From NCBI GenBank assembly GCA_964482785.1, contig CAYZYR010000002.1, positions 1 through 54,161 on the forward strand: a stretch of 54,161 nucleotides of DNA. The letters are read 5' to 3'. This DNA comes from an uncultured Candidatus Saccharibacteria bacterium. GTDB lineage: Bacteria; Patescibacteriota; UBA1384; VFKW01. This document shows positions 9,657 to 18,897 of this stretch, piece after piece. The notes beneath the pieces are model-generated. The model was given only the letters and a program-made list of their open reading frames with translations, ran no database searches and was not told where the DNA came from. Each line of letters opens with the position of its first letter. The first letter of the stretch is position 1. Made by a program: the position numbers and the translations under genes.

Positions 9657-10367
9657 CTATAAGTATATATTAGCAGTACCTGCAGCATCATCTACACTTA
9701 CAAGTAATATATATTCATAGCCCCCGGTTCTATCAATGTCAAAGGCTTCTGTCTCTATCTTCAACCCGTAATCTTTTTCAAAGATAGTTGTAGCCTCATA
9801 ACCATTTGTACGCGCCACCTCAATATGATAATTAGTCACCCCTATATTATCTCCCCAATGAACCCATGTAAATTCATGCTGAGAACTGATCGCCCTTGTC
9901 GGTCTATTAGGCGGGGAAATAGGTAGTTCAATGTCCTCTCCTTCTTTACCTATAACAACAATACTGGGAATATAATATTCATCGCTAACATTGCCAGCTC
10001 TATCAAAACAATACAGTTCTAACTCATACTCTCCAGCAGGAACACGACTAAACGTAGAGGGAATCAAATCATATATATCATAGCCAAAAACCCATGGTCT
10101 ATCAAAGTCATCTTTATACGAGTCAAAACCAAGCAACTCCCCCAAACTAACCGGATGCTTTTCCCCATGTTCAGCCCTGTAGCTGATCAAAGCACGATTT
10201 AAAGACGTTATATCTGATTTACGCTGCACATCTTGCGCTCGATACCTCATTGTCCTCAATCCAACCAACATCAAAACCGCCAAAACCCCGATAATTGAGA
10301 TTACGACCATTAGTTCGATTAATGTAAAGCCCCTCCTATCCGAACGCATAAATCTCCTTAATACCAA
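9657..10367 (-). CDS. Type IV pilin-like protein, paralog of the 8165..9628 product
   Basis: RRGFTLIELMVVISIIGVLAVLMLVGL, and a shared QDVQ.KSD..SL..AL.SY.AE.GEK.P segment. The C-terminus has FDRAGNVS and VDDAAGTAN modules. The true start may be M7 (10349). Confidence 0.75.
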   Translation of the reverse strand: MVLRRFMRSDRRGFTLIELMVVISIIGVLAVLMLVGLRTMRYRAQDVQRKSDITSLNRALISYRAEHGEKHPVSLGELLGFDSYKDDFDRPWVFGYDIYDLIPSTFSRVPAGEYELELYCFDRAGNVSDEYYIPSIVVIGKEGEDIELPISPPNRPTRAISSQHEFTWVHWGDNIGVTNYHIEVARTNGYEATTIFEKDYGLKIETEAFDIDRTGGYEYILLVSVDDAAGTANIYL

Positions 10368-10391
10368 TATAGCAAATCAAATATCAAAAAA

Positions 10392-10922
10392 CTAGAAGCT
10401 GTCTTTAAATTCAACTTTACCGCCTATATCTTGCTTAACATACTTCAAAGCCTTCACTATTTTTTGTTGCGCATCATAAGGATCCGGTACCCAGAGTAAA
10501 TCCAATCCGGAATTAGAGCTAGCTGTAGCTATATGTAGCGTACCGAAATTCAAAAACATTTGTAAAGGACCTCTCATTTCTGACGAAATATCCTGAATTC
10601 TATCCAATTCTATCTCAGTAATTGTCCTATGAAATAAACCATCTTGACCAATTTTTATAAGGCGTTGATTAGTAATAATATAGATCCCATTAGACCAGAT
10701 AAACCACTTATATCCCACCATCAAACCCGCACCCAACACAAAAGCAAAAAGCGCGTAAGAAAAATACCCGCTCGCCCCCGCAAACATCAGCATCAAAACC
10801 ACCAGATTTGCCAGAAGCAATATTATAAAACCTGTTTTGGCAAATACCCAAACATGCTGTTTGATCATAAGAAGAATTTCCTCGTCTTCTCTTTGCCCTC
10901 TAAAATGAAAATCATCGTACAT
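10392..10922 (-). CDS. Membrane protein with a bacterial PH (bPH_2/YdbT-like) domain
   Basis: Two TM helices followed by YIITNQRLIKI...ITEIELDRIQDIS...GTLHI, typical of bPH_2. Confidence 0.7.
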   Translation of the reverse strand: MYDDFHFRGQREDEEILLMIKQHVWVFAKTGFIILLLANLVVLMLMFAGASGYFSYALFAFVLGAGLMVGYKWFIWSNGIYIITNQRLIKIGQDGLFHRTITEIELDRIQDISSEMRGPLQMFLNFGTLHIATASSNSGLDLLWVPDPYDAQQKIVKALKYVKQDIGGKVEFKDSF

Positions 10923-12018
10923 TTTTTACCCTATTTTTAGTATGCCACCATTCCAGTAAAAATAAAACAATCGATATCCCTACCATCACCAGCGCCAACC
11001 AGATCCCAGCCCAAAATTTACCTTCTGGCCCCATACTAAGCGCCATATAACCCAGCACCATACTCACCACATAAAGCAAGATCACAGTCTGTCTCGAAGA
11101 CAATCCCGCCTTCATCAGCCGATGATGAATATGATTTCTATCTGGTTCAAACGGCGACTTTTTATGAATTAGACGATTTCCGATCACCCAAAGCCCGTCC
11201 AAAATCGGCAGTCCCATCACCAAAGAAGCAGTTGCCACCTTTCCGCCTGAAATAATCGCTAAAATTGCGATCATATAACCAATAAACATACTTCCAGTAT
11301 CACCCAAAAATATCTTTGAAGAACTAAAGTTAAACGGCATAAAACCCAAGATACTTCCAATTAAAATTATTGCCACAAATGCCGTCGCCGGCTGATCAAT
11401 CCTCGGACTAACTGAAAGTAAAAATAATGCCGCCACTGTAATAATCGCAATTCCTCCAGCCAATCCATCGAGCCCATCCAACCAGTTTACCACATTCATA
11501 ACCAACACAATCCACAAAACAACCACCAGAGACCCCCAGCTCACCGCAAAATCACCAATACTAAACACCGTCGACTGTAAATTATAAAGATCGCCAAACG
11601 GATTATTAAACCAAGGAACACTAATTCCAAAACCAGTCACCACACAAGCCGCTGCGATTTGCGAAAAGAGCTTAGTTCCCCATTTCATCCCTTTAATATC
11701 ATCATAAAACATCGTCGCGATGATGATAATCGCTCCAACAATCACCCCAATTAAATTTTGATCAATCCCAATGATCTTCTCCTCGCTAAATTCCAACCTT
11801 GACCCATCAAAAACCGCAAAAATCAGCATGTTCAGCCAAAAAGCGATCGTAATCGCCACACCGCCCAGCCTGGGAGTTGGATTTTTATGACTATCACGAT
11901 CGCGAATTTTCGGCACAAATTTATGCCCAATCGCCCATTTCCTAACCCAATAAGTCAGTCCCAAAGCCACCATACAAGATATCACAAGCGGGATTATATA
12001 TAACTTGAATGCATCCAT
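10912..12018 (-). CDS. Polyprenyl-phosphate sugar-1-phosphate transferase (GT4, WecA/TagO/MraY family)
   Basis: Polytopic membrane protein with NVVNWLDGLDGLAGG, GDTGSMFIGYMIA and DRNHIHHRL motifs. Confidence 0.85.
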   Translation of the reverse strand: MDAFKLYIIPLVISCMVALGLTYWVRKWAIGHKFVPKIRDRDSHKNPTPRLGGVAITIAFWLNMLIFAVFDGSRLEFSEEKIIGIDQNLIGVIVGAIIIIATMFYDDIKGMKWGTKLFSQIAAACVVTGFGISVPWFNNPFGDLYNLQSTVFSIGDFAVSWGSLVVVLWIVLVMNVVNWLDGLDGLAGGIAIITVAALFLLSVSPRIDQPATAFVAIILIGSILGFMPFNFSSSKIFLGDTGSMFIGYMIAILAIISGGKVATASLVMGLPILDGLWVIGNRLIHKKSPFEPDRNHIHHRLMKAGLSSRQTVILLYVVSMVLGYMALSMGPEGKFWAGIWLALVMVGISIVLFLLEWWHTKNRVKNVR

Positions 12019-12085
12019 TTTTTAACTCTTAAACAACTTATCTTTTGTCACAATAACAACTCATCCAAATTCCACAACTTTCAGC

Positions 12086-12694
12086 TCAAGATTCTTTTTT
12101 ATTTTTCCTTACCTTGCCCCACTCCTGAGTATAAATAACCGTTTCAGTAATAAGATCGTAATCTAAAATCTCATCCGATTTAAACCAAATTTTGATCTCG
12201 CGCTCCGCCTCTTCCGGCGAACCTGAAGCATGAACTAAAGTATGAATAGTTCTATCAAGATCATCAGCCATTTCATAACTTTCAGTACTATAATCTCCCC
12301 TTATCGAACCAATATCAGCCGCAAGAGGATTAGTCGCGCCAGCCGTTTTTCTCCCCAGCGCGCAAGCATGCGGCCCTTCCCAAACCATCATCATCATCGG
12401 CCGATCCAAAAAATGATCAATGCAACGGCGCCTGGTTCTTTTAGCCAGATCGATCGGTCCCACATCTGGTTCAATCCCGCGCGCTTTATAATTTTCATAA
12501 GTTTTTGTACCTGAAGAAATATACCACTCCTCATCATCAGGATAATGTTCTTCCATCTGCTTCCTAGTCGGCACAGCCAATTTGCAGGCTATCAGTTTCA
12601 ACCCTCGTCTTTCAAATTTGGACATAATTTCACCAATCAAGTGTCTCTGAATAGATTCCGGCTTAATCGCTACAAATGTTCTTTCCTTAATCAT
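12086..12694 (-). CDS. ndk: Nucleoside diphosphate kinase (long form with an insertion)
   Basis: ERTFVAIKPESIQRHLIGEIMSKFERRGLKL...GATNP...IRGDY...HASGSPEEAEREIKIWF. Confidence 0.85.
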   Translation of the reverse strand: MIKERTFVAIKPESIQRHLIGEIMSKFERRGLKLIACKLAVPTRKQMEEHYPDDEEWYISSGTKTYENYKARGIEPDVGPIDLAKRTRRRCIDHFLDRPMMMMVWEGPHACALGRKTAGATNPLAADIGSIRGDYSTESYEMADDLDRTIHTLVHASGSPEEAEREIKIWFKSDEILDYDLITETVIYTQEWGKVRKNKKES

Positions 12695-12767
12695 AAAAAC
12701 TCCTTAGTTTAGTCTATTTTAATACCAAACCACGTTTTTTCCAATACAGAATATATAAACAGAGTAT

Positions 12768-14036
12768 CTAGACCTTAAGCAAACCCTTCAACTGTCCCTC
12801 GTCTCCATTCGGCGCAATCACAGCTAGATTAAGATTATCTTCGCGAAATATTTTACCAGCCACCCTCTTTATATCTTCAACAGTTACTCTTTCAATCTTA
12901 TCTATCACCTGGTCCGGACTCAACACCTCAGTCATCAGCAGTTCCTGTCGCCCATACCAATTAGACACATTATCAGTATCATCCATTGAAAGATTAATCA
13001 TTCCCTTAGTAAAATCTTTGGCTTTTCGAAGTTCATCTTCCGGCACATCAATATTTTTAAATTTCGAAAACTCCTCGCAAATCGCCTTTACCGCCTCCTC
13101 CAGCTTACCAAGATTTAAGCCCGCATGAACAATAGTCGCCCCCGTCTCCTGCAAACTCTCATTAAAAGAATAAATATTATAAGCCAACCCTTTTTCTTCC
13201 CGGATAGTAAGAAACAATCGCGAGCTCATCCCCTGTCCCAAGATAGTATTAATCAAATTCCAAACATACCTATCTGGATCGCTATAAGACAATGCTCTCA
13301 CTCCTAACGCCAGATGAGCTTGATCCGTTTTTTTCTCAAATAAAGTCACCTGAGCCCCACTTTGCTCATAATCCGTTAGTTCAGGTTTATTCTGCTCGCC
13401 GATTTTAGCCTCAGAAAATAACTTCCGAACCCTAGAAACCACCTCTTCATGCCGAATATTCCCCGCCACAGACACAACCAGTGATTTAGAATTATACAAG
13501 TTACTCATATAATTTCTAAAATCTTCCACTTGAAAAGACGACACATTCTCTCGGGTTCCCAATATCGGCCTACCAAGAGGATGCCCAGGCCACATCAAGC
13601 CGATCAAATGCTCAAAAACATAAGTCGCCGGATCATCATTTCTTCGATTAATTTCCTCTAAAATAACTCCCTTTTCCCTCTCAATAGCATCCGCTCCAAG
13701 CAAAGAATTAAATATCATCTCGCTTAGCACATCAAAACTTCTGTCGCTAAATTCGCTCGGTAACACACTATAATAAGCAGTATGATCTTGATCCGTCCAC
13801 GCATTAATCTGCCCTCCCACTCCTTCGATCGCTTTAGCGATTTCCGCCTGGTTAGGATATTTTTTAGTTCCCTTAAACAGCATATGTTCCAAAAAATGCG
13901 AAATTCCCCCCTGCTCTACCGTTTCATATCTACTTCCAGCTTTTACATAAACCGTTGTCGCCACGCTTTTCATCTGAGGCATTTCGCTTGTGATCACTCG
14001 CACACCGTTTGACAAAACTGATTTCTTAAAACCCAT
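12768..14036 (-). CDS. M16-family (pitrilysin/insulinase-like) zinc peptidase
   Basis: HFLEHMLFKGT zinc-binding HxxEH motif; 422 aa with a two-domain M16 layout. Confidence 0.9.
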   Translation of the reverse strand: MGFKKSVLSNGVRVITSEMPQMKSVATTVYVKAGSRYETVEQGGISHFLEHMLFKGTKKYPNQAEIAKAIEGVGGQINAWTDQDHTAYYSVLPSEFSDRSFDVLSEMIFNSLLGADAIEREKGVILEEINRRNDDPATYVFEHLIGLMWPGHPLGRPILGTRENVSSFQVEDFRNYMSNLYNSKSLVVSVAGNIRHEEVVSRVRKLFSEAKIGEQNKPELTDYEQSGAQVTLFEKKTDQAHLALGVRALSYSDPDRYVWNLINTILGQGMSSRLFLTIREEKGLAYNIYSFNESLQETGATIVHAGLNLGKLEEAVKAICEEFSKFKNIDVPEDELRKAKDFTKGMINLSMDDTDNVSNWYGRQELLMTEVLSPDQVIDKIERVTVEDIKRVAGKIFREDNLNLAVIAPNGDEGQLKGLLKV

Positions 14037-14107
14037 TTTTCTCCTATCTTTTCCTTATTTTAAGCAATATCGCCCGCTCCATCAAGTCAAAACCCTCTAA
14101 TCTCCCT

Positions 14108-14878
14108 TCATTCGCCATTACCATCTGTTGTATGTCGTCCCGCCCCCAGCCACGCCAGCTCAAAAATCGCCCTCTGAGTTCTAACCACCTCTGCACTCTC
14201 GATAATAACTCCCATCAGATCTTTATATGAAGCAATAAACATCTTATTTCCGAATATATTTATCTGGTTTGAAAACGGAAATTTCTCCGGATCGACCATC
14301 CTGCTCTCCCTCAACTCCGCCTTATCTCTCCCGATCAAATCAATAGAATCAGCCGAATACTCAATAATGCATCTCTGAGTAATCCCCTTTTTAACCCGTC
14401 GTGGAATATAGCCCTCGATATATTTTTCAACATATTTATTATCAACCGAAAACGAAGAATACGCCAGCGTCTCCGAACCCCGCGGCAAATCCAGCGTCTC
14501 TTCGAACATTTGTTTAATTCCATCGATCCCCTCGTAAAATCTCACCCTCGGCTTCACTGAACCTGAATTTTCAATCGACATCAGCTCCGGCAAAGCCTTC
14601 TTAACCTGGCTCAATCTAGCCTCAGCCATAGACTCAAGCCTTTTTGGACTTTGCGCCACAAAAATCGTCACATTATCCCTCGTTGCGCTATAAACTAACC
14701 CCTTCCGCGACAACTGCTCAAGGATATAATAAGTATTCGCCCGCTCTACTCCCGCCTTCTGAGCAATCGTCGAGGCTGCTTCTCCGCCCAGTTCCAAACA
14801 AGCCAAATAAACATTGGCAAACTTTCGATCCAGACCCAAATCATCCAAAATTTGATATACATTTTCATCCATTTTCAC
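14108..14878 (-). CDS. TrmB-like transcriptional regulator, paralog 1
   Basis: N-terminal wHTH (L..LGL......VYLA.LELG..TA..IA.K.G..R...Y.IL..L...GLV) plus a conserved C-terminal domain ending INIFGNK...IIES.E...TQRAIFELAW. Shared with the genes at 29628, 43769 and 53331. Confidence 0.75.
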   Translation of the reverse strand: MKMDENVYQILDDLGLDRKFANVYLACLELGGEAASTIAQKAGVERANTYYILEQLSRKGLVYSATRDNVTIFVAQSPKRLESMAEARLSQVKKALPELMSIENSGSVKPRVRFYEGIDGIKQMFEETLDLPRGSETLAYSSFSVDNKYVEKYIEGYIPRRVKKGITQRCIIEYSADSIDLIGRDKAELRESRMVDPEKFPFSNQINIFGNKMFIASYKDLMGVIIESAEVVRTQRAIFELAWLGAGRHTTDGNGE

Positions 14879-14987
14879 CTCATTTTTGTTGTAAAATACT
14901 TTTTACACTATTATTTCATAAAAACAAAATATGTCAATATAAACCTATTATACACAAACAAATCATTATAATAATTGTAAAAGAGTA

Positions 14988-15016
14988 TTGACAATTAAGC
15001 TCATCCATGCTACAAT
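14988..15016 (+). promoter_or_regulatory. Consensus sigma70-like promoter of the radical SAM cassette
   Basis: TTGACA (14988..14993), 17 nt, then TACAAT (15011..15016). Confidence 0.55.
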
Positions 15017-15117
15017 GGCCAGTCAACGATGAGAAAGCCAAGGCGATCCATCGTCGCACATTAACAAGGCAATCATGCTGAAGCAGGCGGCGGACTGCGA
15101 AGACCCTGCTTGGATAA

Positions 15118-16347
15118 ATGTCAATCATTGTCCAAGAAGTGACCGTCAGGACTCCGGAATATTGGAGCCACGAAAGAAAGGAGGATACTACCATAAAAAA
15201 TTCAGACAAAGCCGTTCAGCACGGTCTCGAAAGAAAAAACACCGGCAGACTTCAATCCCTTTGGATTGAACTGCCCGGCAGGTGCAATCTGGCCTGCTCC
15301 TATTGCTACGCCTGCGGCGGAGAGAAGCTCGACGAAAGCCGGCTTCTCTCATGGTCAGACTACGAGAATATTCTCGAGTCAGCCAAAGCTATGGGCGTCG
15401 ACAGCATCGGTATTCCCGGCGCTGGCGAACCGCTTTTTGGTGAGAATTATAATCTCACCATGCGCTTCCTTCAGAAGTGCAAAAATTTGGGCCTGTTCGT
15501 GACTCTGTTCACAACTGGCCAATTCATTACTCCTGAGCTCGCCCGAGATCTTTATGATCTCCCCGTTGAGATCATGCTCAAAGGCAACTCCCTGGATCCC
15601 AAAGTTCAGGACGATTTTGCTAGCAATCCGAAGCTCGACAAGAAAAGCCTTCGCCGCGGCTACGGAAAGGCTAGAAACCGCGCTATCGAAATATTGATAG
15701 CCGCCGGTTTCACCAATGAATTAGCCTGCACAAAAATGTACGGGCGTCGTTCCCGACTTGCTCTGGTCACATCTATTATGACCAGTGAGGATGATGGGCC
15801 ATCCAACTACAAAGAGATGGCCGACATCTTGCGGTTCTGCCGCCAGAGAAACATCATCTTCGACTGCGACTCCGTCTTAAAACGGGGACGCGGTGCCGAC
15901 TGCTCCCTCTGCGCTGCCGATCAGGAGATCAAGGCTAAGCTCCTTGAACTCCAACAGATCGACCGCGCAGAGTTTCCCGAGTACCCGAAGTGGGAGCTTT
16001 CACAGTCCTACGTCGGAACCGTCTGCGACCGGTACATGCACCACATGTACATCTCGCAGTACGGTGACATCCGCCCTTGTATCGGGGCGATGGATGTCGA
16101 CCTCGGAAACGTCAAGTCCAACACGCTCGAAGAAGCGTGGAATTGCGCCGAAATGCGCATCATCCGCCGCCGCCATTTCGGCGGCGTCTGCGGAACCGAC
16201 TGCAAAAACTTCGCTGAAGGCAAGTGTAATTCCTGCCTCGGACGAAGAGCAATAAATCTTACCAACGAAACCTTGCTTAAAGAAGGTTTCGTTGACACCA
16301 TCGGCTGCTGGAATAATCAGCCGATCAAATCCAACAGGGATGTTTAG
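15118..16347 (+). CDS. Radical SAM enzyme with a C-terminal SPASM/twitch-type Cys cluster (anSME- or maturase-like)
   Basis: CNLACSYCY (CxxxCxxC), GIPGAGEPL, and C-terminal C..YGDIRPC...CGTDCKNFAEGKCNSCLGR. The start is uncertain. ATG 15118 lacks an SD, while the only strong SD (AAAGGAGG, 15177..15184) is followed 8 nt later by an in-frame ATA (15193). Confidence 0.85.
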   Translation: MSIIVQEVTVRTPEYWSHERKEDTTIKNSDKAVQHGLERKNTGRLQSLWIELPGRCNLACSYCYACGGEKLDESRLLSWSDYENILESAKAMGVDSIGIPGAGEPLFGENYNLTMRFLQKCKNLGLFVTLFTTGQFITPELARDLYDLPVEIMLKGNSLDPKVQDDFASNPKLDKKSLRRGYGKARNRAIEILIAAGFTNELACTKMYGRRSRLALVTSIMTSEDDGPSNYKEMADILRFCRQRNIIFDCDSVLKRGRGADCSLCAADQEIKAKLLELQQIDRAEFPEYPKWELSQSYVGTVCDRYMHHMYISQYGDIRPCIGAMDVDLGNVKSNTLEEAWNCAEMRIIRRRHFGGVCGTDCKNFAEGKCNSCLGRRAINLTNETLLKEGFVDTIGCWNNQPIKSNRDV

Positions 16348-16370
16348 CCATAAGCATCCCTTCTTTTTTT
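16336..16370 (+). terminator. Rho-independent terminator of the radical SAM gene
   Basis: AGGGATG-12 nt-CATCCCT followed by TCTTTTTTT; the stem overlaps the TAG stop. Confidence 0.6.
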
Positions 16371-16451
16371 ACCCAACTTTAGCAACGACCCTCTCTATAC
16401 CGAGACCGCTAAAAAGCCTTTCTATCGTCACCCTGAAACGACTTTGCCGTT

Positions 16452-16478
16452 CTCGAGCCGAACTCTGTTCGGCTCGAG
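16452..16478. repeat. Perfect 12-bp inverted repeat in a GC-rich non-coding tail
   Basis: CTCGAGCCGAAC-TCT-GTTCGGCTCGAG. It lies within ~380 nt (16371..16750) that has no convincing ORF. Confidence 0.6.
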
Positions 16479-16685
16479 GATCCATTCAGAACCCAGATAT
16501 ATGTTTAACTAGATTCCAAGTCAATCCCGAAACGACAGTTTTGAAGTGCCTTTAATTAGTTTTTCATCGGTCTCATACCACCTCTTCAGACTATCGCCAC
16601 CAAGGCGCAATTCAACCACCGGTCGCATGTCGTCAGTTATCGATTGCAGGCGTCACCCAACACGTCAGATAACCGTCCAAAATAT

Positions 16686-16714
16686 TTGACAGCCATCTCG
16701 CCACATAATAAAAT
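16686..16714 (+). promoter_or_regulatory. Sigma70-like promoter of the Phd-domain gene
   Basis: TTGACA (16686..16691), 17 nt, then TAAAAT (16709..16714). AGGAGG precedes ATG 16752. Confidence 0.5.
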
Positions 16715-16751
16715 TAATCTATAATTAAAAACAAAAACTTAGGAGGGGTAA

Positions 16752-18236
16752 ATGGCTATTAGTGCTCCATTAGATAAAATCATTCCTTTAACCGACGCTC
16801 GCGACAATTTCTCAAAAATAATCGCCGACATTGAGCGCACATCAGAAGGAATGTATGTCTTAACCAAAGGCGGCAAGCCGGCTGTTGCTATTATTAATAT
16901 CAATTATCTCGAGAGACTGACCGGTAATCCAATGATCAAACAAAATGATAACCCGGAAGAAATCAAGGAACTAGACGAATTAGAGGAAAACACCTTCGGA
17001 TCATCAGATGACAACAAAGAATCAGATACCAATAAAGAAACCCAAAAACCAGATAATTCACCTACAGATAAACCATCAAACGAATCGGCAAAGCCAGAAG
17101 GAAAACCCTTAAACGAATCTCCGAAACCAACAGATAAACCTATGCCGCCAATCCAACCCTTCAAGCCAGTCATAAATAATACCCAAGCACCTACCCCAAC
17201 CACACCGCTGCCTCCGGCTGCTCCAACCAAAATTCCTACACCGCCTGCCCCGACCCCAGCTTCCGCGCCAATCCCATCAACACCAGCACCAACACCTCCC
17301 ACTCAACCAATCCCATCTTCTATTCCCGCGCCAATCCCGCCAATACCACCAAGACCACCACTTGAAACTCCAATACCAGCCCCCGCTTCATCAGCCTCAA
17401 CACCGGCGGCCCCTAACAAACCACTATCACAACCTGGCGTGTCCTCAATAAAAACCCCTCCTGCTATCGCTGCTCTCGAAAACAAACCAAGCACTACTTC
17501 TACAAACCCAACTCCTAAACCCCAACAGTCACCTGTTCCTGCACCAGTTTCACAGCCCACTCCACAGCCAACGCCAAATCCAACACCAAATCCAACACCA
17601 GCTCAGGCGCCAACTCCACCTACACTTTCATCCACCTCGACTCCATCCTCTACCCCAGTTAAGCCACCCCCTCAACCTACCAAACCTCAGCCTATTCCCA
17701 CACTACCCCCAACCACACCGCCGCCTCCGTCTGCTCCAACCCAAGTTCCTGCATCGCCTGTCCCGACCCCAGCTTCCGCGCCAATCCCACCAACACCAGC
17801 TCCTGCGTCTGTCCCACAATCCCCTAAGATTAATCCCTCATGGTTAAATCCATCTCAACAACCCAACACTCAAACCCAAAACCAACCACAAACTACTCCA
17901 CAGCCAACACCAAGCCCAGAAGCAAAACCGCAAGTCCCAACACCTCCAACTAATCCAACGCCACAGCCAGGATCTCAAACCCCCAAACCGCAACCTGCTC
18001 CACAACCGACAATACCTTCTTCAACTCCTAATTACACTCCCCAGTTCACTTCAGGTTCCGGCGCTGTGCGAAACTTAAGCATCGGAGGAACCACAACGCC
18101 TCAAACAGCAAATACACCGCCAAACTCTACTCAGCCTGCAAATACAACCCCTACTCCGACGCCCGAAACACCTCCGACGCCCGAAACACCTCAAACCCCC
18201 AACCAGCCTGCCGACGTCAAAGATATGGAAATATAA
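16752..18236 (+). CDS. Phd/YefM-type antitoxin domain fused to a ~430-aa Pro/Thr/Gln/Ser-rich low-complexity region
   Basis: The N-terminal ~58 aa (IPLTDARDNFSKIIADIERTSEGMYVLTKGGKPAVAIININYLERL) is Phd/YefM-like. The remainder consists of PTPxP-type repeats. No toxin ORF is adjacent. Confidence 0.8.
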   Translation: MAISAPLDKIIPLTDARDNFSKIIADIERTSEGMYVLTKGGKPAVAIININYLERLTGNPMIKQNDNPEEIKELDELEENTFGSSDDNKESDTNKETQKPDNSPTDKPSNESAKPEGKPLNESPKPTDKPMPPIQPFKPVINNTQAPTPTTPLPPAAPTKIPTPPAPTPASAPIPSTPAPTPPTQPIPSSIPAPIPPIPPRPPLETPIPAPASSASTPAAPNKPLSQPGVSSIKTPPAIAALENKPSTTSTNPTPKPQQSPVPAPVSQPTPQPTPNPTPNPTPAQAPTPPTLSSTSTPSSTPVKPPPQPTKPQPIPTLPPTTPPPPSAPTQVPASPVPTPASAPIPPTPAPASVPQSPKINPSWLNPSQQPNTQTQNQPQTTPQPTPSPEAKPQVPTPPTNPTPQPGSQTPKPQPAPQPTIPSSTPNYTPQFTSGSGAVRNLSIGGTTTPQTANTPPNSTQPANTTPTPTPETPPTPETPQTPNQPADVKDMEI

Positions 18237-18266
18237 AAAATAGCCCCACCTGGGGCTATTTTTATT
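18237..18266 (+). terminator. Rho-independent terminator
   Basis: AAAATAGCCCCA-CC-TGGGGCTATTTT followed by TATT, directly after the stop. Confidence 0.65.
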
Positions 18267-18295
18267 CATACTCACCATTTCTTAATTCATAATTC

Positions 18296-18874
18296 TCACT
18301 TTGACAGATAGCCAAAAGCCAAAAATACACCGAGCGCCACTACCGCTCCCGCCACCGAACCCATAATTACCTGTAAAAGAGTATGTCTTTTACGATACAA
18401 CCTAGCCCAACCGATCGGAATCAACAAAACCATCAACCAAAGAATACACAAATCGTATAAATAAGCCAACATCGTCACAACCGAGGAATAAATCAACGCA
18501 TGCATACTGATCTTCCAAAAAAGTGTTACCACGATCACAACTACCAATTCCGAAATCAAAACCAAATTAAGAAGTATTAATTGCTTCGGCGCCTCTTTCA
18601 CCAGCAAAAATACCGCTCCGGCTACAGCTCCAGTTAAAGCCAAAACCAACGGTCGAAGTCTTTCCTCTCTTTCGCTCAAATTAATATCCGAAACCGAACC
18701 TTTTCGCAAACCATAGAGAATATATCCGCTCGCCGGCCCGACCAAAAGAAAAGTCCCTACAAAAGACCACCAAGTCAGCTTGATAAAACTGTCAGAATAG
18801 TAATAAGAAATATAAAATATCGCCAACGCCGCAATAAGCGGCGGCGTGAAAATACCAGATATAGTCAAAGCCAA
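18296..18874 (-). CDS. Divergent PAP2-like integral membrane protein
   Basis: Six predicted TM segments. Degenerate PAP2 motifs ISMHA and ARLYRKRHTLLQV (Asp replaced by Gln). Confidence 0.5.
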   Translation of the reverse strand: MALTISGIFTPPLIAALAIFYISYYYSDSFIKLTWWSFVGTFLLVGPASGYILYGLRKGSVSDINLSEREERLRPLVLALTGAVAGAVFLLVKEAPKQLILLNLVLISELVVVIVVTLFWKISMHALIYSSVVTMLAYLYDLCILWLMVLLIPIGWARLYRKRHTLLQVIMGSVAGAVVALGVFLAFGYLSK

Positions 18875-18897
18875 CCAATCTTTAAAATTCTTCTGCT

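Noticed and set aside
14934-15269. Track ORFs 14934..15209(-) and 15075..15269(+) in the rSAM leader
   Set aside because: They have no SD and overlap the promoter or the rSAM frame. The plus-strand one is retained only as a remote possibility for a leader or precursor peptide.
16904-17560. Gly-rich minus-strand ORFs (132 and 85 aa)
   Set aside because: They are a mirror image of the Pro-rich repeat, because the complement of CCN codons gives GGN.
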